A DNA stretch of 37,477 nt from a virus. Below are positions 34,261-37,477 of this stretch, one piece after another (positions within the stretch are counted from its first letter, which is position 1; the number at the start of each line of letters is the position of its first letter). The notes below the pieces were generated by a model, which saw only the letters and a list, made by a program, of their open reading frames with translations, had not been told where the DNA came from and did not search any database. Both the position numbers and the translations under genes were made by a program. The stretch lies in the IMG/VR virus record IMGVR_UViG_3300045988_063029, positions 1 through 37,477 of that record, one strand, 5' to 3'.

Positions 34261-35322
34261 ATGCCAATAACTATTTCATTTAATCAAGAAACTGGCTCTA
34301 TTTCTGTCGAAAGTGAAAAACTCTTAAGTTCAAAGCGAAATAAAGGAAATAGTCTTTTAGATTTTCCTCAAAATTATACTGTAATTGATATCGAAACTAC
34401 TGGTTTAGATCCAAATTTTGATTCAATAATTGAAATCGCAGCTATTAAAGTTGTTAATAATTCTATTGAATCAACTTTTTCTTCCCTAGTAAAGCCTCCA
34501 GTAATTGAATATGACGAAGAATATGACGACTGTGATTTTTTATCTGATGATGATGGGCACAAATATTATTATGTTGATGATTACATTTCTAAGCTTACGC
34601 ATATCACAAATGAAATGTTAGATACTGCACCAGAAGTTAAAGATGTGTTAGATAATTTTGTCAATTTTATTTCCGATGATATTTTAGTAGGTCATAACGT
34701 CAACTTTGATATCAATTTTTTATACGATAATCTTTTGGATTATTGTGATTATAAATTGACCAATGATTTTATTGATACCTTAAGATTATGTCGTCGTTTA
34801 CATAAAGAACTCACTCATCATAGACTTTCTGACATGGTAGAGTTCTATAAAATAGATACTTCTTCTGCGGCTCATCGTGCTCTTTCTGATTGTGAGACTA
34901 CGAATAAATTATTTGAAAGATTACATGATTCAATGTTAGAACAATTTGAATCATTGGATAATTTTAAACTTTCTTTAAAAAGAAAGCGTAAAACATTAGA
35001 TGTCAATTCAATTACAACATCCAATGAAAACTTTAATACCTTACATCCATTGTACCGAAAAGTTTGTTGCTTTACAGGAAAGCTTGAAAATCTCCAAAGA
35101 AAAGATGCTATGCAACTTGTCGTAGATCTTGGCGGTATTGTAGCTAATTCTGTTACTAAAAAAACAAATTATCTTATTCTCGGTAACAATGATTACTGTC
35201 CTACTATTAAAGATGGAAAAAGTAGCAAACAAAAGAAGGCTGAAAAGTTAAAATTATCCGGACAAGATATTGACATTATTTCAGAAAACACATTTTATGA
35301 AATGCTTAATTATGAACTTTGA
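34261..35322 (+). CDS. DEDDh (DnaQ/epsilon-like) 3'-5' exonuclease fused to a C-terminal BRCT domain
   Basis: The exonuclease motifs are ExoI VIDIETTGL, ExoII GHNVNFDINFL and ExoIII AHRALSDCE. The C-terminus FTGKL...RKDAMQLVVDLGGIVANSVTKKTNYLILG is BRCT-like. The RBS is TAGGAGG. The gene is visibly more AT-rich than its neighbours. Confidence 0.8.
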   Translation: MPITISFNQETGSISVESEKLLSSKRNKGNSLLDFPQNYTVIDIETTGLDPNFDSIIEIAAIKVVNNSIESTFSSLVKPPVIEYDEEYDDCDFLSDDDGHKYYYVDDYISKLTHITNEMLDTAPEVKDVLDNFVNFISDDILVGHNVNFDINFLYDNLLDYCDYKLTNDFIDTLRLCRRLHKELTHHRLSDMVEFYKIDTSSAAHRALSDCETTNKLFERLHDSMLEQFESLDNFKLSLKRKRKTLDVNSITTSNENFNTLHPLYRKVCCFTGKLENLQRKDAMQLVVDLGGIVANSVTKKTNYLILGNNDYCPTIKDGKSSKQKKAEKLKLSGQDIDIISENTFYEMLNYEL

Positions 35323-35348
35323 TGTTATATATTTTTATACAAAATGAT

Positions 35349-35367
35349 TTTGTCAGAGTCTGACAAG
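35349..35367. repeat. Palindrome copy e: TTTGTCAGAGTCTGACAAG
   Basis: The 17-bp core is perfect. The copy lies 27 nt after the exonuclease-BRCT stop. Confidence 0.9.
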
Positions 35368-35604
35368 ATGCAAGTGGAAAAGATAATTTTCAACCCGTTC
35401 CGTAAATATAATCAAAAATAAAGGTTGTTAAATATTGCATTATGTTCTTATGCATTAAAAAAATAGTCGTCCTGTCTCCTGGGAAGAATAGAACGACTGT
35501 TAAGAAAGTTTTTCGTCGGGTTAGATGAATTTACTCCATCTATCGCGCCGACCTCTTCACTAGCTATTATAAACAAATACTTTAGAATTATCAACTAATT
35601 TTAT

Positions 35605-35623
35605 TTTGTCAGAGTCTGACAAA
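35605..35623. repeat. Palindrome copy f: TTTGTCAGAGTCTGACAAA
   Basis: A perfect copy ends 8 nt before the ImmA-like ORF. Confidence 0.95.
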
Positions 35624-35631
35624 CTAAGGAA

Positions 35632-36072
35632 GTGGTTTACCTGAATACGAAAATAAAAGAAAACATCAGAAAGCTAAAAAAGAAATATAACTCTTCTGAT
35701 CCCTATGAATTAATGGATTATCTGGAAATCGAACGTTTTGATGTGCCACTTGGTCATCGTTTGGGATGCTATATGTATTTACAGCGGTCGAAGTGTATAT
35801 TTTTAAACGCTGATATCGAAGATGATCGGATACATCGAATCGTTGCAGCACATGAACTTGGCCATGCTATCCAGCATCCAAAAATAAATTGCAGCTTTAT
35901 CCGGAATTATACCATGTACAGTAAAAACATATTTGAAATTGAGGCAAATAAATTTGCTGCGGAACTCCTTATTCCGGATGAAGTGTTAATTGAATACCAG
36001 GGAATGACAGTGGATCAGATTGCTGCTTATTTAAATGTGATCCCTGAACTTGTAAAGCTTAAATTTCTTTAG
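35632..36072 (+). CDS. ImmA/IrrE-family zinc metallopeptidase (candidate anti-repressor protease)
   Basis: The HEXXH motif is AAHELGHAI, with a downstream EANKFAAELLIP. The only in-frame start is the GTG at 35632, with AAGGA only 1 nt upstream, so the start is uncertain. Confidence 0.75.
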   Translation: MVYLNTKIKENIRKLKKKYNSSDPYELMDYLEIERFDVPLGHRLGCYMYLQRSKCIFLNADIEDDRIHRIVAAHELGHAIQHPKINCSFIRNYTMYSKNIFEIEANKFAAELLIPDEVLIEYQGMTVDQIAAYLNVIPELVKLKFL

Positions 36073-36157
36073 CTTTTTATTTTTTACCCAGTAATCGAAC
36101 ATATGTTTTGTATTTTAAAACAACCAAATAGTATATTTAAAGAAAGGATGATCATAT

Positions 36158-37348
36158 ATGTCTGTAATTACTAAAACTTATACAAGTAAAAAAACAGGAA
36201 AAATCAAAAAAAGTTATTGTGCTGTCCAATGGCACCCACTTTTGAAACGTAAGGTATCTGGTCCTCGCAGATCGAACAAAAAGGAAGCTAAGCAGGACGA
36301 TGCTAAACTTACCCTTCAAATAAAAAAAGAAGTTAAAGAAGAAAATGTGAAAAAGCAATCAGAGGAATATTTCGGTAAAGTTGCTGATTTGTGGTTAGAG
36401 GCGAATAAAAAAACTTACGCAGATGAAACTTATCGAACTTATCGCGGATATTTAGACAGATATATCTTTCCTGTCTTCGAAGATGTTCCGATTTCTGGAA
36501 TCGAATCAAGGCATATTTTAAATTTTAAGAAAAGTTTAGAAAATGGAAATAATCCAAGAAAACATAAATACGGAGCTGAAACTGTAAACAAAAACATTAA
36601 TATCCTCTGTGATGTGTTCAATTTCGCCGTATCTCCATTAAAATTGATTGATGGTAAAGATAATCCAATGATTGGAATAAAGCGAAATAAAGTGGCATAC
36701 ATGGTCAAACGAACATGGTCTGACGAACAGATCTCTATCTTTTTAAGTTCTATGGAAGCAAAAGCATCGCATTATTATGCCATGTTCTGCTGTCAGATTC
36801 TTCTCGGTCCTCGTCCGAGCGAGACATGTGGTCTTGCAGAAAGCGATTATGATCCTGATCGTCAATGCTTTTATATGCATCGAACTTTAAACAAATACGG
36901 AGTTCTTGAAGACAATATGAAGAGTTCTAATTCTTTCAGAGCTGTTTACATTCCTGATACTCTAAATAAGGCTGTCAAGAAAAATCTACTCTGGAAGAAA
37001 GAAATGAGGTTAAAATATCCTGATCGGTTTGATAATGATTTTCTTTTTAACACTGAAATTGGCACTCCTGTCCGTCCTGATCACTTGTATCGAATGTTTA
37101 CCAGAACTGAAAAACGTTATAATGCAAATCATAATGAAACCTTGCCTGTGATTACTCTGTACGATTGCAGACACACATTCGCAACGACTAATTACGAGCG
37201 TGGAGAATCTGATAAGGTTCTATCTGAGATTATGGGAAATACTCCTTCTACTTTTTTGCAGAAATATGCACACATTCATGGCGATCGAAAGCAGCAATCC
37301 TTGGAAGCTTTTGAGGATATTATTTTTAAGTCAGGCAACAAAAAATAA
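36158..37348 (+). CDS. int: Tyrosine integrase (full length, with N-terminal arm/core-binding regions)
   Basis: The 396-aa protein has LGPRPSE (Arg), DCRHTFATT (His-x-x-Arg) and QKYAHI (Tyr). It lies adjacent to attR. Confidence 0.9.
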   Translation: MSVITKTYTSKKTGKIKKSYCAVQWHPLLKRKVSGPRRSNKKEAKQDDAKLTLQIKKEVKEENVKKQSEEYFGKVADLWLEANKKTYADETYRTYRGYLDRYIFPVFEDVPISGIESRHILNFKKSLENGNNPRKHKYGAETVNKNINILCDVFNFAVSPLKLIDGKDNPMIGIKRNKVAYMVKRTWSDEQISIFLSSMEAKASHYYAMFCCQILLGPRPSETCGLAESDYDPDRQCFYMHRTLNKYGVLEDNMKSSNSFRAVYIPDTLNKAVKKNLLWKKEMRLKYPDRFDNDFLFNTEIGTPVRPDHLYRMFTRTEKRYNANHNETLPVITLYDCRHTFATTNYERGESDKVLSEIMGNTPSTFLQKYAHIHGDRKQQSLEAFEDIIFKSGNKK

Positions 37349-37351
37349 ATT

Positions 37352-37375
37352 TTGGTGGCGAACTTTGGTGGCGAA
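37352..37375 (+). promoter_or_regulatory. Two tandem copies of TTGGTGGCGAA (37352-37362, 37365-37375): candidate arm-type integrase binding sites (P arm)
   Basis: The same 11-mer occurs at 143-165 in the same orientation. This pair lies about 60 bp from the att core. Confidence 0.6.
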
Positions 37376-37385
37376 CTTTTCTCTT

Positions 37386-37432
37386 AAAAAAACAAAAAAG
37401 CTACAAACCGCGTATTTGCTAGGTTTGTAGCT
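37386..37432 (-). terminator. Rho-independent terminator for the minus-strand tRNA gene, supplied by the phage
   Basis: The minus strand has AGCTACAAACC-(12-nt loop)-GGTTTGTAGCT followed by TTTTTGTTTTTTT, starting 3 nt after the tRNA 3' end. Confidence 0.8.
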
Positions 37433-37435
37433 TAT

Positions 37436-37477
37436 GACTCCAACGAGAATCGAACTCGTGATTCGACCTTGAGAGGG
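37436..37477 (-). tRNA. attR core = 3' part of the reconstituted host tRNA gene (the 5' part lies beyond the window). It is possibly tRNA-Glu(CUC).
   Basis: The reverse complement CCCTCTCAAGGTCGAATCACGAGTTCGATTCTCGTTGGAGTCA has a T-arm, a 7-nt acceptor strand and discriminator A. With a 4-nt variable loop the anticodon loop reads CUCUCAA. The isotype call is tentative because the gene is incomplete. Confidence 0.7.

Larger units (their letters stand above)
1..37477. mobile_element. Complete integrated temperate prophage (attL to attR), siphovirus-type gene order
   Basis: Identical 42-bp direct repeats lie at both window ends. A tyrosine integrase sits next to the right repeat. Full lysogeny, replication/partition, packaging, head, tail and lysis modules lie between the repeats. 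Confidence 0.9.

Noticed and set aside
13353-35623. The six palindromes as a CRISPR array, LexA (Cheo) boxes or intrinsic terminators
   Set aside because: The copies are kilobases apart, so they are not an array. The sequence does not match CGAAC-N4-GTTCG. No T-tract follows on either strand.

Overview
The window holds one complete integrated temperate siphovirus-type prophage of about 37.4 kb, in a low-GC Gram-positive (Clostridia-like) host. It is cut exactly at its attachment sites. These are a 42-bp direct repeat (1-42 = 37436-37477) that is the 3' end of a minus-strand tRNA gene. Read right to left, the minus strand carries the early operon: a Cro-like protein, an excisionase-like HTH protein, a ParA/ParB-like pair, a replisome organizer and a sigma/ArpU-like late regulator. 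It continues with a small catalytic-domain-only tyrosine recombinase, HNH plus small and large terminase, portal, ClpP-like protease, HK97-type capsid and connector proteins. The tail genes follow: major tail, a G/GT chaperone with a -1 frameshift, tape measure, Dit, Tal and a 2100-aa receptor-binding protein, then holin and endolysin. The plus strand at the right end carries an XRE repressor, an exonuclease-BRCT moron, an ImmA-like metalloprotease and a tyrosine integrase. The stand-out system is a complete diversity-generating retroelement (DGR). Its VR lies at the 3' end of the 2100-aa tail protein gene, followed by avd, TR and RT. TR and VR align over 104 bp with 6 differences, and all 6 fall at TR adenines on the coding strand, in AAY codons. 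Four other signals are less obvious. A 19-bp palindrome, TTTGTCAGAGTCTGACAAA, occurs six times at module boundaries, always with the same centre base on the plus strand. A 133-bp MITE-like element has 25-bp perfect terminal inverted repeats and an 8-bp flanking duplication. Tandem arm-type repeats lie near both att sites. A tRNA-like T-arm/acceptor mimic sits in an orphan 500-bp intergenic region. All protein-family calls come from motif recognition by eye. No database search was run.
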